In this document: piece by piece, positions 32,636 to 42,856 of the stretch | How positions within the stretch are numbered: position 1 is the stretch's first letter | Layout: the number at the start of each line of letters is the position of its first letter | Assembly: GCA_965197725.1 (NCBI GenBank) | Contig: CBDANQ010000032.1 | Location: 1 to 64,000, forward strand | DNA length: 64,000 bases | From: Longimicrobiales bacterium | Lineage (GTDB): Bacteria > Gemmatimonadota > Gemmatimonadetes > Longimicrobiales > Gaopeijiaceae | Direction of reading: 5' to 3' | Program-made: the position numbers and the translations under genes | Notes under the pieces: model-generated | The model's input: only the letters and a program-made list of their open reading frames with translations | Databases searched by the model: none | Told to the model about the DNA's origin: nothing

Positions 32636-32842
32636 CGCGTCGCGCACCACGTCGGCGTCGCAGATGTCACCGTGGACGAACGTGTACCGACTGCCCTCTT
32701 CGATGCCGGCCAGACTCCCTAGATTACCGGCGTACGTGAGCGCGTCCAGGTTGGTCACGTGGGTCTCGGGATCGCTCTCGAGCAGATAGCGGACGAGGTT
32801 GGAGCCGATGAAGCCGGCACCACCCGTCACGAGACACCTCAT
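32633..32842 (-). pseudogene. rfbB: dTDP-glucose 4,6-dehydratase, only N-terminal ~70 aa
   Basis: MRCLVTGGAGFIGSN, NLDALTYAGN and FVHGDICD, then runs into the wzc antisense strand. Confidence 0.88.
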
Positions 32843-33615
32843 GCGCCACGGAGGTCGGAGCGGTCGCCTTCCGGACGCATCCGTCGCAGGACCGCGTTCC
32901 CGTGCTCGGCCGCGACCAACGTGCCAGCCCGGTACAACGACGTCACGGTACCCGCATCGGTCCACCACCCGTCCACGACATGGTGCCGCAAGGCGCCGCG
33001 CGCGATATACGCGCTGTTCACGTCGGTGATCTCGAGTTCGCCACGCTGGGAGGGCTCGAGCGCGTTGATGATGTCGAAGACCGAGCTGTCGTAGAAGTAG
33101 CAGCCGGTGACCGCATACCGCGTCGGCGGATCCGTCGGCTTCTCGATGATCTCGACTACACGACCACCCTCGAGACGCGCAACGCCGAAACGCTCGGGAT
33201 CGTCGACATCCTTGATGAGGATCATCGCACCCTCCGGCTCCGCCGCGAACGCCTCCACCGCCCGTCGGATCGGATGCTGGAAGAGGTTGTCTCCGAGGAT
33301 CACGACCACCGGTTCGTCGCCCACGAAGTGCTCGGCGAGCCCGAGCGCTTCCGCGATCCCCCCTTCCCCCTCCTGGTACGCGTAGCGCACGTGCTCGAGC
33401 CCGAACTCGTGGCCATTACGCAGGAGACGCAGGAAGTCGCCTGCGCTGTCGCCCCCCGTCACGACCAGGATGTCGTCGATACCGGCATGCGCGAGTTGCT
33501 GCAGCGGGTAGTAGATCATCGGTCGGTCGTAGACCGGGAGCAGGTGCTTGTTCGTCACCCTCGTCATCGGGAGCAACCGCGTGCCGAGACCGCCGGCGAG
33601 AACAACGCCCTTCAT
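32839..33615 (-). CDS. rfbA: Glucose-1-phosphate thymidylyltransferase (short form)
   Basis: LAGGLGTRL, NKHLLPVYDRPMIYYP, RGELEITD and WTDAGT. Confidence 0.9.
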   Translation of the reverse strand: MKGVVLAGGLGTRLLPMTRVTNKHLLPVYDRPMIYYPLQQLAHAGIDDILVVTGGDSAGDFLRLLRNGHEFGLEHVRYAYQEGEGGIAEALGLAEHFVGDEPVVVILGDNLFQHPIRRAVEAFAAEPEGAMILIKDVDDPERFGVARLEGGRVVEIIEKPTDPPTRYAVTGCYFYDSSVFDIINALEPSQRGELEITDVNSAYIARGALRHHVVDGWWTDAGTVTSLYRAGTLVAAEHGNAVLRRMRPEGDRSDLRGA

Positions 33616-34457
33616 GACGCGCCACCGATCAGGACACCTCTAAGCGCCTCGGGCCATGGGAGCATGGATCGTCCGAGCAGAGCTTCCGTCTCTGTGACAT
33701 CGAGCACTGAATCGCGCGGTCTGGCCGCCGCGGCGTTCCACTGCTCGCTCGACACAGGCCGGAGATCGGCCTCCACCTCCGCCACTTCGAGCGCTGCCCT
33801 AGCCAATTCGTACCATGTGGCCCTTCCTCCGTTCGTCACGTGCACGAGGCCCCTCGCGCCGATGTCGACGAGTTCCGCCGTAGTCTCCGCAAGGTCGCGC
33901 GCCCACGTCGGGCTTCCCCGCTGGTCGTCCACGACACGAAGTGGCGTCCCGCTCCGCGCCCGCTCCAGGATCGTCGAGACGAAATTGGCGCCGGCTGCCC
34001 CGAAGAGCCAACTGCTGCGAACCGTCGTCCACTGCGCGCCGGCACGCGCCGCGGCCCCTTCTCCAGCTAGCTTCGACCTCCCGTAGACCGACAGAGGGTG
34101 TGGCTCATCGTCCGTCCGATACGGAGCGTCGCTGCACCCGTCGAAGACGAAGTCGGTGCTGAAGTACACGAGATGGGCCCCGGTCGCGGCACACGCCCGG
34201 GCGACATTTTGGGTGCCGTGCACGTTGGTGGCGAAGGCTCGCTCCGGCTCCGACTCCGCCTGATCGACCGCGGTGTAGGCGGCGCAGTGCAGCACCAGAT
34301 CTGGTTCCTCCGAGCCGATGTGATCGCTGACGCCGGCCGCGTCGGTCACGTCCAGCGCCGCGGAGTCGCACGCGACGACGCGCGCGTCGCGGGCTCGGTA
34401 CGCGGCAACCAATTCGCGACCCAGTAGCCCGCTCGCGCCCGTGACGAGTACCTTCAT
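33612..34457 (-). CDS. rfbD: dTDP-4-dehydrorhamnose reductase
   Basis: TGASGLLG, AAYTAVDQAE, STDFVFDG, YGRSK and DQRGSPT. Confidence 0.94.
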   Translation of the reverse strand: MKVLVTGASGLLGRELVAAYRARDARVVACDSAALDVTDAAGVSDHIGSEEPDLVLHCAAYTAVDQAESEPERAFATNVHGTQNVARACAATGAHLVYFSTDFVFDGCSDAPYRTDDEPHPLSVYGRSKLAGEGAAARAGAQWTTVRSSWLFGAAGANFVSTILERARSGTPLRVVDDQRGSPTWARDLAETTAELVDIGARGLVHVTNGGRATWYELARAALEVAEVEADLRPVSSEQWNAAAARPRDSVLDVTETEALLGRSMLPWPEALRGVLIGGAS

Positions 34458-34473
34458 CGCCTATGGATCGCCT

Positions 34474-35067
34474 ATGGCGTTCCACTTCACACGCCTCTCG
34501 TTGCCCGATGTCGTGCTGATTCAGCCGACGCGGCACCGCGACGATCGGGGCTTCTTCAGCGAGACGTTTCGCGCTTCGGCGTTCGAGCCGTACGTCCAGG
34601 GTCCGTTCGTTCAAGACAACCTGGCGCGGTCGGCGGCGGGCGTTGTGCGCGGACTTCACTTCCAGCTGGAGCCGAAGGCGCAGGGCAAGCTGATCCAGAT
34701 CGTCAGCGGCGAGATCTGCGACGTCGCCGTCGACATTCGGCGGTCGTCTCCGACGTTCGGGAAATGGGTCAGCGCTCCGCTCTCTGCCGAGACCGGGCAC
34801 ATGCTCTGGGTGCCGCCGGGTTTCGCCCACGGCTACGTCGTCACCAGCGACGGCGCCGACGTCGCGTACAAGGTCACCGCGGAGTACGACCCGACGCTCG
34901 ATCGCGGTATCCGCTGGGACGATCCGGACATCGGGATCGAGTGGCCGAACATTGGGCCCATTGGGCTAATGGAGCCCATCGGGCCTATCGGGCCTATGGA
35001 GCCCGTCGTCTCGGAGAAGGACCGGCGCTTGCCGCTGCTTTCCGAGGCGGAGACCCTCTTCGAGTAA
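34474..35067 (+). CDS. rfbC: dTDP-4-dehydrorhamnose 3,5-epimerase
   Basis: DDRGFFSE, VRGLHFQ, DVAVDIR and PGFAHG; 9-bp-unit repeat insertion near the C-terminus. Confidence 0.94.
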   Translation: MAFHFTRLSLPDVVLIQPTRHRDDRGFFSETFRASAFEPYVQGPFVQDNLARSAAGVVRGLHFQLEPKAQGKLIQIVSGEICDVAVDIRRSSPTFGKWVSAPLSAETGHMLWVPPGFAHGYVVTSDGADVAYKVTAEYDPTLDRGIRWDDPDIGIEWPNIGPIGLMEPIGPIGPMEPVVSEKDRRLPLLSEAETLFE

Positions 35068-35094
35068 GACGGTACGCACGTATCGTTAGCCGGC

Positions 35095-36393
35095 TCAGCC
35101 CTTCACGATCCAGCTTCCGACACAATCCTCCGGGACCGCCCCCGCCGCTACCACGGCGTGCCTGGCATCGACCAGCGCCTGGGCCTGCTCCAGGATCGAG
35201 GCGTAGTCGAAGTCGGTATGGTCGGTGAGAATCACGACCGCGTCGGCGCCGCTCAGCAGCTCGTCCGTGAGGGCCTGCGACTCCCGTATCACTCCGTCTT
35301 CCTTCCACTTCGGCACATACGGGTCGTGGTAGGCGACCTCGGCCCCGTCGGCCTCGAGAAGCTTGAGCACGTCGAGCGCCGGTGATTCACGCACGTCGTC
35401 GACGTCACGCTTATAGGCGACACCGAGCAATACGATCTTCGAGCCGTTCACTGCCCGCTGCTTCCTGTTCAGCACCTCGCGCACCTTGTCGACGACGAAC
35501 ATCGGCATTTCGGCATTGATCTCCGACGCGAGATCGATGAAGCGCGTCTTGTAGTTGAGCGTCCGCATCTTCCACGCCAGGTAGTGCGGATCGACCGGAA
35601 TGCAGTGCCCGCCCAGACCCGGCCCAGGGGTGAACTTCATGAATCCGAACGGCTTGGTGGCTGCGGCATCGATGACCTCCCAAACATCGACCCCGAGCAG
35701 GTCGGCGATGAGCGCGACCTCGTTCACGAGTCCGATGTTCACCGCCCGGAAGGTGTTTTCGAGAATCTTCGTGAGCTCCGCCGCCTCCGCGGACGACACC
35801 CGTACCACCCGGTCGATGAACCGCTCGTAGAACGCGGCCCCCGCCTCACCGCACGCGGCCGTCAGCCCACCTATGACCTTGGGCGTGTTCCTGGTCGTCC
35901 ACGTCTCGTTTCCGGGATCTACGCGCTCCGGGGAAAAACAGAGGTGGAAGTCCTGTCCCGCGACGAGTCCGGTGCGCTCCAGCGTGGGCTGCATGACCTC
36001 CCGGGTCGTTCCCGGATACGTGGTCGACTCCAGCACGATGAGCTGGCCCTGTCGCAGCGCCGCCGCGACCGCCTGCGAAGCGGCGATGACGTAGGAGACG
36101 TCCGGGTCCCGCGTCTTCGACAACGGGGTCGGGACGCAGATGGAGACCGCGTCGCACTCAGCGAGCCGGCTCATGTCCGTGGTCGCTTCGAGCAGGCCCT
36201 GTTCGAGCAACGATGCGACGTCAGCGTCCGTCAGGTCCCGGATGTGCGACCGGCCCGCGTTCACGCCCGTGACGACCGCGTCGTCGACGTCGAATCCGAT
36301 CACCTTCAGCCCGCTCCGACCGGCTTCGACAGAGAGCGGAAAGCCAACGTAGCCGAGGCCGATGACGCCGAAGGTGACGATGTCCTGGGACAT
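35095..36393 (-). CDS. Nucleotide-sugar dehydrogenase (UDP-GlcNAc 6-dehydrogenase, WbpA-like)
   Basis: GLGYVG, ICVPTP, ESTTYPGTT, SPERVDPG, GGHCIPVDP and DVRESP. Confidence 0.92.
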   Translation of the reverse strand: MSQDIVTFGVIGLGYVGFPLSVEAGRSGLKVIGFDVDDAVVTGVNAGRSHIRDLTDADVASLLEQGLLEATTDMSRLAECDAVSICVPTPLSKTRDPDVSYVIAASQAVAAALRQGQLIVLESTTYPGTTREVMQPTLERTGLVAGQDFHLCFSPERVDPGNETWTTRNTPKVIGGLTAACGEAGAAFYERFIDRVVRVSSAEAAELTKILENTFRAVNIGLVNEVALIADLLGVDVWEVIDAAATKPFGFMKFTPGPGLGGHCIPVDPHYLAWKMRTLNYKTRFIDLASEINAEMPMFVVDKVREVLNRKQRAVNGSKIVLLGVAYKRDVDDVRESPALDVLKLLEADGAEVAYHDPYVPKWKEDGVIRESQALTDELLSGADAVVILTDHTDFDYASILEQAQALVDARHAVVAAGAVPEDCVGSWIVKG

Positions 36394-36633
36394 GAAGTGC
36401 CGTCGGAAAGTAGGAGACGGAATGACCTGACAACTTCGAACGAGAGGCGCCTAAGATACAACTCGCCGGCGGGTCGCTACCAGACTTAGCGGTCCATGGC
36501 GCGTCGCGTGTGTCCCCGAGGCGCGTCGCGTGTCCTTCTTTCGCTCAGGCATTTCTTTCCGCCGCTCACCGCCCACCGCCAACACGCAATGTCGCTACGG
36601 AAGGACACGCGACGCGCCACGGGCTGACCCTAG

Positions 36634-38128
36634 CAGTCCGTGGATCAAGTCCGGTCATCGCTGTTGTGTTAAATCAGGAGGACACGAGGGTTTTTGCAGC
36701 GAGGACGGCGATGGCGGTAGGCAAGCGGCCCGAGGCTCGGCAGGGCGAGATGTTCGTGGTGGCGAGCGAGATTCGGGCCTTGGACAACCCGTTCTACTGG
36801 GCCTTGAACGAGCTTCTGGCGAAAAGCGGGTTTGACGAGTTCGCGGAAGAGGCATGCCGTGAGTTCTACGCGGACAATCGGGGTCGGCCGGGGATTGCTC
36901 CCGGGGTGTATTTCCGAATGATGATGGTGGGCTACCTGGAAGGGATCGGCTCGGAGCGGGGCATTGCCTGGCGGTGTGGGGACTCGTTGTCGTTGCGTGA
37001 GTTTCTGGGATACGGGTGGGCGAAGAACCCGCCGGAGCATTCGACCCTGTCGAAGACGCGCAAGCGCCTGAGCGTGGAAGCGCACGCGGCGGTGTTCGGG
37101 CGGGTGCTGGAGCTGCTGAAGGGGTCGGGGTTGCTGAGCGGCAAGACGCTGGGCGTCGACTCGACGACGCTGGAGGCGAATGCGGCGATGCGCACGATCG
37201 TGCGGCGCGACGACGGGTTGGGCTACGATGAATGGCTGCAGCAGGTGGCCCGGGCGTCGGGGATCGAGACGCCGACGCGCAAGGATCTGACGACGCTGGA
37301 CCGGAAGCGTCCGAAGAAGGGCTCGAACAAGGACTGGGTGCATCCGCACGACCCGGAGGCGCGGATCACGAAGATGAAGGACGGCAGGACGCGCCTGGCG
37401 CACAAGTTGGAGCAGGCGGTCGACATGGAGACCGGTGCGCTTGTGGCGGTGACGGTGCAGACGATGGACGGGGGAGATGTGGCGTCGCTGCCCAACACGC
37501 TGGACGAGGCAGAGCGGCAGCTGGAAGTAGTGCAGGTAGAGCCCGAGGAAGTGGTGGCCGACAAAGGCTACCACTCGAACAAGACCATGACGGGCGTGAA
37601 GGAGCGGGAGCTGCGCAGCTATGTGAGCGAGCCCAACCGCGGGCGCCGGAAATGGAAGAACAACCGGGACGCGCAGACGCCGACCTACGACAACCGCCGC
37701 CGGATCCGCGGCAACCGGGGGATGCGGCTGCTGCGCCAGCGCGGCGAGAAGGTGGAGCGGGGGTTTGCGCACTTGCTTGTGACCGGAGGGCTGCGTCGCG
37801 TCCACATACGGGGCCAGGAGGAGATTCGAAAACGGATGTTGATCCACGCGGCGGCCTTCAACCTCGGCCTTCTCATGCGCAAGCGGTTCGGGGTTGGAAC
37901 CCCCCGTGCGTTACAGGGCCTCGCTACCGTACAAGCTGCGCTCGCAACTCAGGTTACAACCCGCGTCTCGCGCTTTTTCCGCCGTATTCGGCGCTATTTC
38001 GCCTTCCTTGGGCCGAATATCGCCTCGTCAGACCCCAAAACCCGCTTCTTGCACAACAACACAGCCCCCGCGTGTCTGCCTTCTCTCCCACCCATCATCC
38101 GCTGGGAACCTATTTCTTCCACGGACTG
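36634..38128 (+). mobile_element. IS1182/IS5-like element copy 2 (1495 bp), near-identical to copy 1, opposite orientation
   Basis: CTAG at 36630-33 and 38129-32; transposase differs from copy 1 at two visible residues (R/W, E/Q). Confidence 0.92.
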
Positions 38129-38199
38129 CTAGGTCGATCTCAGGCAGGACGAGGGAGTCCGACCACGCCTCGCGGGCCGGCGCACGCCCTTGCTGAAAG

Positions 38200-38440
38200 C
38201 TCCCTGGCAGGCGTCGAGCTGCTCGCGGAAGCCGAATTCCCTTGGGATATCCGCCCCATGGTCCTCCACCATCACGAGCGGTGGGACGGCAAGGGCTACC
38301 CCCACGGTGTCGCGGGTGTCTTCCGACGTGGCCATGGAGATCATGGAGGGCAACGCGGGGCACGTGTTCGACCCCGCGCTCTTTGCCATTTTCAGGGAGC
38401 AGCTTCCCTCGATGCTCGCCGTGCGCCACCGGAGTGATAC
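38200..38440 (+). pseudogene. HD-GYP phosphodiesterase remnant
   Basis: HHHERWDGKGYPHG and GHVFDPAL lie in different frames with an internal deletion. Confidence 0.75.
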
Positions 38441-38551
38441 GCAGGTGGAGTCGTTCCCGGCGCTGCCTTCTTCGGGAGTGTTTTCCGCGGTGAAGAGTCG
38501 ACGTCGACCGCGATGGCCCTCGCCTCACCATCCTCTCGCGGTCGACCGGAT

Positions 38552-39361
38552 TCAGAGAAGCGAGCGCAGCTCGTCCAGCAACTCCACGGAGTTCGCCGCG
38601 GTCACCGGGCCTGGCGCGAAATCCAGGGCGCTCCCGTCGGGGCGAGCGAGCACCCCGCCCGCCTCCTGGACGAGTACGATTCCGGCCGCGAAATCCCAAG
38701 GCATGAGCATTTTTTCCCAGAACGCGTCGAGCGAGCCCTGAGCCAGGTAGGCTAGGTCGAGGGCGGCGGAGCCGCCTCGACGCACCCCCGACGCCGTGCG
38801 CAGTACGCGATCGAACTCCCCGAGGTATCCCGGAAGCATGTCGAGCACCTTGAACGGGAAGCCCGTGCCGACCATAGCCCGTGAGAGGGGACTCACCGAG
38901 GACACTCGGATGCGACGACCGCCCTTGAACGCACCCGAGCCCTCAGCGGCCCACCACCGCTCCCCTGTCGACCCGCTCGTCACCGCCCCGGCCACGGCCC
39001 GGCCGTCCACCGCGACGGCCACGGAAGCGCAATACTGGGGATGTGAGTGCAGGAAGTTCGCCGTCCCGTCCAAGGGGTCGACGATCCAGAGTGGGCGACC
39101 GTCCCAGCGTGCGAGCTGATCTTCGACCGCCCCGTCGCTCTCCTCCGCGAGCACGACATGGTCCGGATGGCTCCGCTCGATCACCGCGAGCGCTGCTTCC
39201 TGGGCATCGAGGTCGGTCTTCGAGACGTAATCGGCCCTCGCCTTCTCCGTCGCACCATCGAGTCCGACTTTGCCCGCGTCACGGCGGTGGATCGACACGG
39301 CCGCCTCGGCCGCCTCACGGGCAGTATGGAGAAGTGCGTGCAGCCGGAGCTCAGCCCCCAC
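38552..39361 (-). CDS. suhB: Inositol monophosphatase family protein
   Basis: LAEES, WIVDPLDGTANF, GSAALDLAY and PWDFAAG. Confidence 0.9.
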   Translation of the reverse strand: MGAELRLHALLHTAREAAEAAVSIHRRDAGKVGLDGATEKARADYVSKTDLDAQEAALAVIERSHPDHVVLAEESDGAVEDQLARWDGRPLWIVDPLDGTANFLHSHPQYCASVAVAVDGRAVAGAVTSGSTGERWWAAEGSGAFKGGRRIRVSSVSPLSRAMVGTGFPFKVLDMLPGYLGEFDRVLRTASGVRRGGSAALDLAYLAQGSLDAFWEKMLMPWDFAAGIVLVQEAGGVLARPDGSALDFAPGPVTAANSVELLDELRSLL

Positions 39362-39565
39362 GCTTGGTCAGATCCCGACCCTGCAGAACGACGACGTCGC
39401 GTAGTCCGGCGGAATGCTGCTCGCGCTCTGGAAGACCTCGATGACCTCGACGTCGAGCGTCGTCAAAACCATGGCGGATAGGCGTGGCTTGTTCATGCGA
39501 GCTAAGTTAGCGAGCCCGTTCGTGCGCGAAAACGTACAAAGCCGCAGCCTTCCATTCCGCCTCTC

Positions 39566-40612
39566 ATGAGTGACACCCCAAGCAACAGTGCGAAGAAGCG
39601 CATCTTCAGCGGCATGCAGCCCTCCGGAGAGGCTCATCTGGGCAACTATCTGGGTGCGCTCCGCCGCTGGGTGGGCATGCAGGATGACTACGACTGCATC
39701 TGGTGCATCGTCGACGAGCACGCGATCACCGCGGGCGGCGACCCCGCATCGATGCCTGCGATGGTTTTCGATCTCGCGGTCTCATACCTCGCGGTCGGGC
39801 TCGACCCTGAAGAGGCGATCATCTTCGTCCAATCCGACGTGCCCGAGCACACCGAGCTGGCATGGCTCTTCAACGCGGTCACGCCCGTGGGCGACCTCGA
39901 GCGCATGACTCAATACAAGGACAAGTCACGGAACCTGGAGTCGATTCCTGCCGGGATTCTGAATTATCCGATCCTGCAGGCAGCGGATATCCTCCTGTAC
40001 AAGGCGGATGGCGTGCCGGTGGGTGCGGACCAGAAGCAGCACCTCGAGATGACCCGCGAGATCGCGAGGAAGTTCAACACCGCGTACGGCGACACTTTCC
40101 CGGTCACTGAACCACTCATCGGTGAAGACGTCGGCCGCATACTCGGGCTTGACCGCAAGACGAAGATGAGCAAGTCGCTCAACAACACCGTACCGGTCCT
40201 CTCTGAGCCCGACGACGTGTGGGCCCGCGTGCGCACCGCGGTCACCGACCCCCAGCGAGTCCGACGGGACGACCCGGGACGCCCGGAGGTCTGCAACGTC
40301 TACTCGCTGCACGCCTTCTTCACGGACGATGCGACGCGGGCGGACATCGAGACGCGGTGCCGCGCGGGCACCATCGGGTGTGTCGACTGCAAGCGCATCC
40401 TCTCCGACAACATTGCCGACGCCTTCGCGCCTTACCGTGAGCGCGCGAAGCAGTACGTGGAGAACCCGGACGAGGTGCGCCGCGTCCTCGACGAGGGAGC
40501 ACAGAAGGCCCGCGAGATCGCCCGCGGGACGCTTGCGGAGGCAAAGCAAAAAATGGGCCTGAACTGGCGGGAGGCGCTGGGGCAGTCTGCCCATTATCTT
40601 AGGTATCGCTGA
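39566..40612 (+). CDS. trpS: Tryptophan--tRNA ligase
   Basis: SGMQPSG, HLGN, YPILQAADIL and KMSKS. Confidence 0.97.
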   Translation: MSDTPSNSAKKRIFSGMQPSGEAHLGNYLGALRRWVGMQDDYDCIWCIVDEHAITAGGDPASMPAMVFDLAVSYLAVGLDPEEAIIFVQSDVPEHTELAWLFNAVTPVGDLERMTQYKDKSRNLESIPAGILNYPILQAADILLYKADGVPVGADQKQHLEMTREIARKFNTAYGDTFPVTEPLIGEDVGRILGLDRKTKMSKSLNNTVPVLSEPDDVWARVRTAVTDPQRVRRDDPGRPEVCNVYSLHAFFTDDATRADIETRCRAGTIGCVDCKRILSDNIADAFAPYRERAKQYVENPDEVRRVLDEGAQKAREIARGTLAEAKQKMGLNWREALGQSAHYLRYR

Positions 40613-40640
40613 AAAGGTTCGAGGTACCGGAGGAAACTTC

Positions 40641-41759
40641 ATGCAGGAAATGTTCAAAGCCGCGGTCGAGCGGGGGGCGAGTGACATCCACATCAAGGTG
40701 GGTGACTTCATCCGTGCCCGAATCCATGGTGATCTCCAGCCGCTGACTCAGCAGAGGTTGTCCGCCGAGCAGGTGAAGGGGATCGCGCTGTCGCTGATCC
40801 CGCACGAGGAAGACAAGGAGAACTTCGACCAGCTCCTCGACTACGACTGCTCCTGGGGGATTCCGGGCGTCGGCCGTTTCCGCGTCAACATCATGAAGCA
40901 GCGTGGCTCGCCGATGATCGTCATGCGCGCCATTCCCATCGAGATTCCGTCGGCCGAGGATCTCGGGTTGCCGCCGATCATCAACAAGCTGTCCGCCCTC
41001 GAGCGTGGCCTGATCCTGGTGACCGGCGTCACCGGCTCGGGCAAGAGCTCGACCATGGCCGCGATGATCAACTGGATCAACCAGCACAAGCGAGCGCACA
41101 TCGTCACCCTCGAGAACCCGATCGAGTTCTTGCATCGGGACAATAAGTCGTCGATCACGCAGCGTGACATCGGGACCGATACCGAGTCGTTCGCGTCGGG
41201 CCTGCGCGTGGTGCTGCGTCAGGATCCGGACGTGATCCTCATCGGTGAGATGCGCGACAGGACAACGATCGAAACAGCGCTCAAGGGGGCGGAAACCGGG
41301 CACTTGGTCGTGTCGACGCTGCATACGAGGAACGCGGTCCAAACGCTCTCCCGCATCATTGCGGTCTTCCCGGCCGAAGAGCAGGAGATGATCCGCATCC
41401 GTCTTTCCGAGTCCCTGCAGGCGGTGATCTCGCAGCGCCTGGTTCAGAAGAAGGCCGGTGGCCGAGTGGCGGCGATGGAGATCATGCCCGTGACGGCGAC
41501 GATCCGCGACTGCATCCGTGACCCCGAGCGCATCGACGGCATCACGGATCTGATCGCGGAGGGCAGGGACCACTACGGATCTCAGACCTTCGATCAGCAT
41601 CTCATGGACCTCGTGCAAGCCGACGTGGTCGACTTCGAGCTCGCCAAGGCCGCTGCGAACAACCCAGCGGACTTCGACCTGAAGATGCGCATGTTCAGCG
41701 ACCCGAAAGCGAGCGAAGGCGGCAGGGGAAATCTCCAGGACGAAATGTCCCAGATGTAG
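40641..41759 (+). CDS. pilT: PilT/PilU family type IV pilus retraction ATPase
   Basis: ASDIHI, GVTGSGKSST, LRQDPDVILIGEMRD and AETGHLVVSTLH. Confidence 0.9.
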   Translation: MQEMFKAAVERGASDIHIKVGDFIRARIHGDLQPLTQQRLSAEQVKGIALSLIPHEEDKENFDQLLDYDCSWGIPGVGRFRVNIMKQRGSPMIVMRAIPIEIPSAEDLGLPPIINKLSALERGLILVTGVTGSGKSSTMAAMINWINQHKRAHIVTLENPIEFLHRDNKSSITQRDIGTDTESFASGLRVVLRQDPDVILIGEMRDRTTIETALKGAETGHLVVSTLHTRNAVQTLSRIIAVFPAEEQEMIRIRLSESLQAVISQRLVQKKAGGRVAAMEIMPVTATIRDCIRDPERIDGITDLIAEGRDHYGSQTFDQHLMDLVQADVVDFELAKAAANNPADFDLKMRMFSDPKASEGGRGNLQDEMSQM

Positions 41760-41777
41760 GAGGGCTAGCAGCCAATC

Positions 41778-42749
41778 GTGGTCGACTTCAGCGGGACATT
41801 CTTACCGGTAACCACTCCCTTCGACCCGGTGACCGGCGACGTCGATATCATCGCGTTTCGGGCGAATCTCCGTCATTGGTTCGAGAGCCCGATCCGCGGA
41901 ATCCTGGTAGCCGGATCGACGGGCGAATCGGTCTTCCTCGACGAGGACGAGCGCGTAACGCTGCTCGAGGCGGCGCGCGACGTGGTGCCTGAGGATGCGT
42001 TGATCATCGCGGGTACGGGGGCTGAGTCCACGCGCCACACGATCCGCCTGACGCAGCAAGCCGCGGATGCGGGCGCCGAGGCGGTGCTCGTGAGCCCGCC
42101 GGCCTTTTTTAAAGCGGCGATGTCGGCGGAGATCCTAGCGCGACACTACAGGGCCGTCGCGGATGCTTCCCCGGTTCCGGTCCTCATCTACCAGGTGCCA
42201 CTGCACCTGAGCACACTCGAGTTTTCGACCCGACTGATCGCGGAGCTGTCCAGGCATCCCAACATCGTCGGAATCAAGGATTCGCGGGGTGAGCTCGTAT
42301 TGCTCGCAGAGTTGGTCGAGGCGTGCGTCGGCGACTTCCAGGTGCTCGTGGGCAGCGGCGCGTTGTTCTACGGCGCGTTGGAGATCGGGGCGGTAGGGGG
42401 CATTGTCGCGGTCGGGCTGATGGCACCCGCTCAGGCCGCTGAGATCTCAGTGGCGTTCCGAGAAGGACGCAGCGCCGACGCCGGACACCGGCAGGAGCAG
42501 ATAGCTCCGGTGCACAACCAGATCGTAGGCGGCATGGGCGCTTCGGGCATCAAGGCCGCACTCGATCTGTTGGGGCTGCGGGGCGGAGGTCCGCGCCCGC
42601 CACTCGCCCCGCCGCCGGAAGCTCGCGTGGAAGAAGTGCGCAGGATTCTCTACGCCGCGAGTCTCCTGACCGTTGCCGCGGCGCCCGCCCCCCCGACTCC
42701 TTGTCTAGCGCGTCCAGGCTTCGTTGACACCCCCTTCCGGCGCGCCTAG
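41778..42749 (+). CDS. Dihydrodipicolinate synthase family protein
   Basis: TTPF, GSTGE, LIYQVP and VGIKDS. Confidence 0.88.
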   Translation: MVDFSGTFLPVTTPFDPVTGDVDIIAFRANLRHWFESPIRGILVAGSTGESVFLDEDERVTLLEAARDVVPEDALIIAGTGAESTRHTIRLTQQAADAGAEAVLVSPPAFFKAAMSAEILARHYRAVADASPVPVLIYQVPLHLSTLEFSTRLIAELSRHPNIVGIKDSRGELVLLAELVEACVGDFQVLVGSGALFYGALEIGAVGGIVAVGLMAPAQAAEISVAFREGRSADAGHRQEQIAPVHNQIVGGMGASGIKAALDLLGLRGGGPRPPLAPPPEARVEEVRRILYAASLLTVAAAPAPPTPCLARPGFVDTPFRRA

Positions 42750-42752
42750 CTT
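42724..42752 (+). promoter_or_regulatory. Candidate sigma70 promoter for purA
   Basis: TTGACA-17bp-TAGCTT about 105 bp upstream of the purA start. Confidence 0.65.
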
Positions 42753-42773
42753 TCCCCAAAGGAAACATCGGTC

Positions 42774-42808
42774 AACGGGCTGTCCCCCGCGCGGAGAGGC
42801 CCGTTTTT
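42774..42808 (+). terminator. Hairpin plus U-tract in the putative purA leader
   Basis: AACGGGC...GCCCGTT stem followed by a T run. Confidence 0.55.
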
Positions 42809-42856
42809 GCGTGCCTGAATTCCCGCGCTCCACCGCCACTGCTGCGCCAGGGAAAG

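Noticed and set aside
29695..38128. Inverted IS pair as a composite transposon or an already inverted segment
   Set aside because: Copy 1 flanks rejoin into a continuous wzc frame, indicating an independent insertion without inversion
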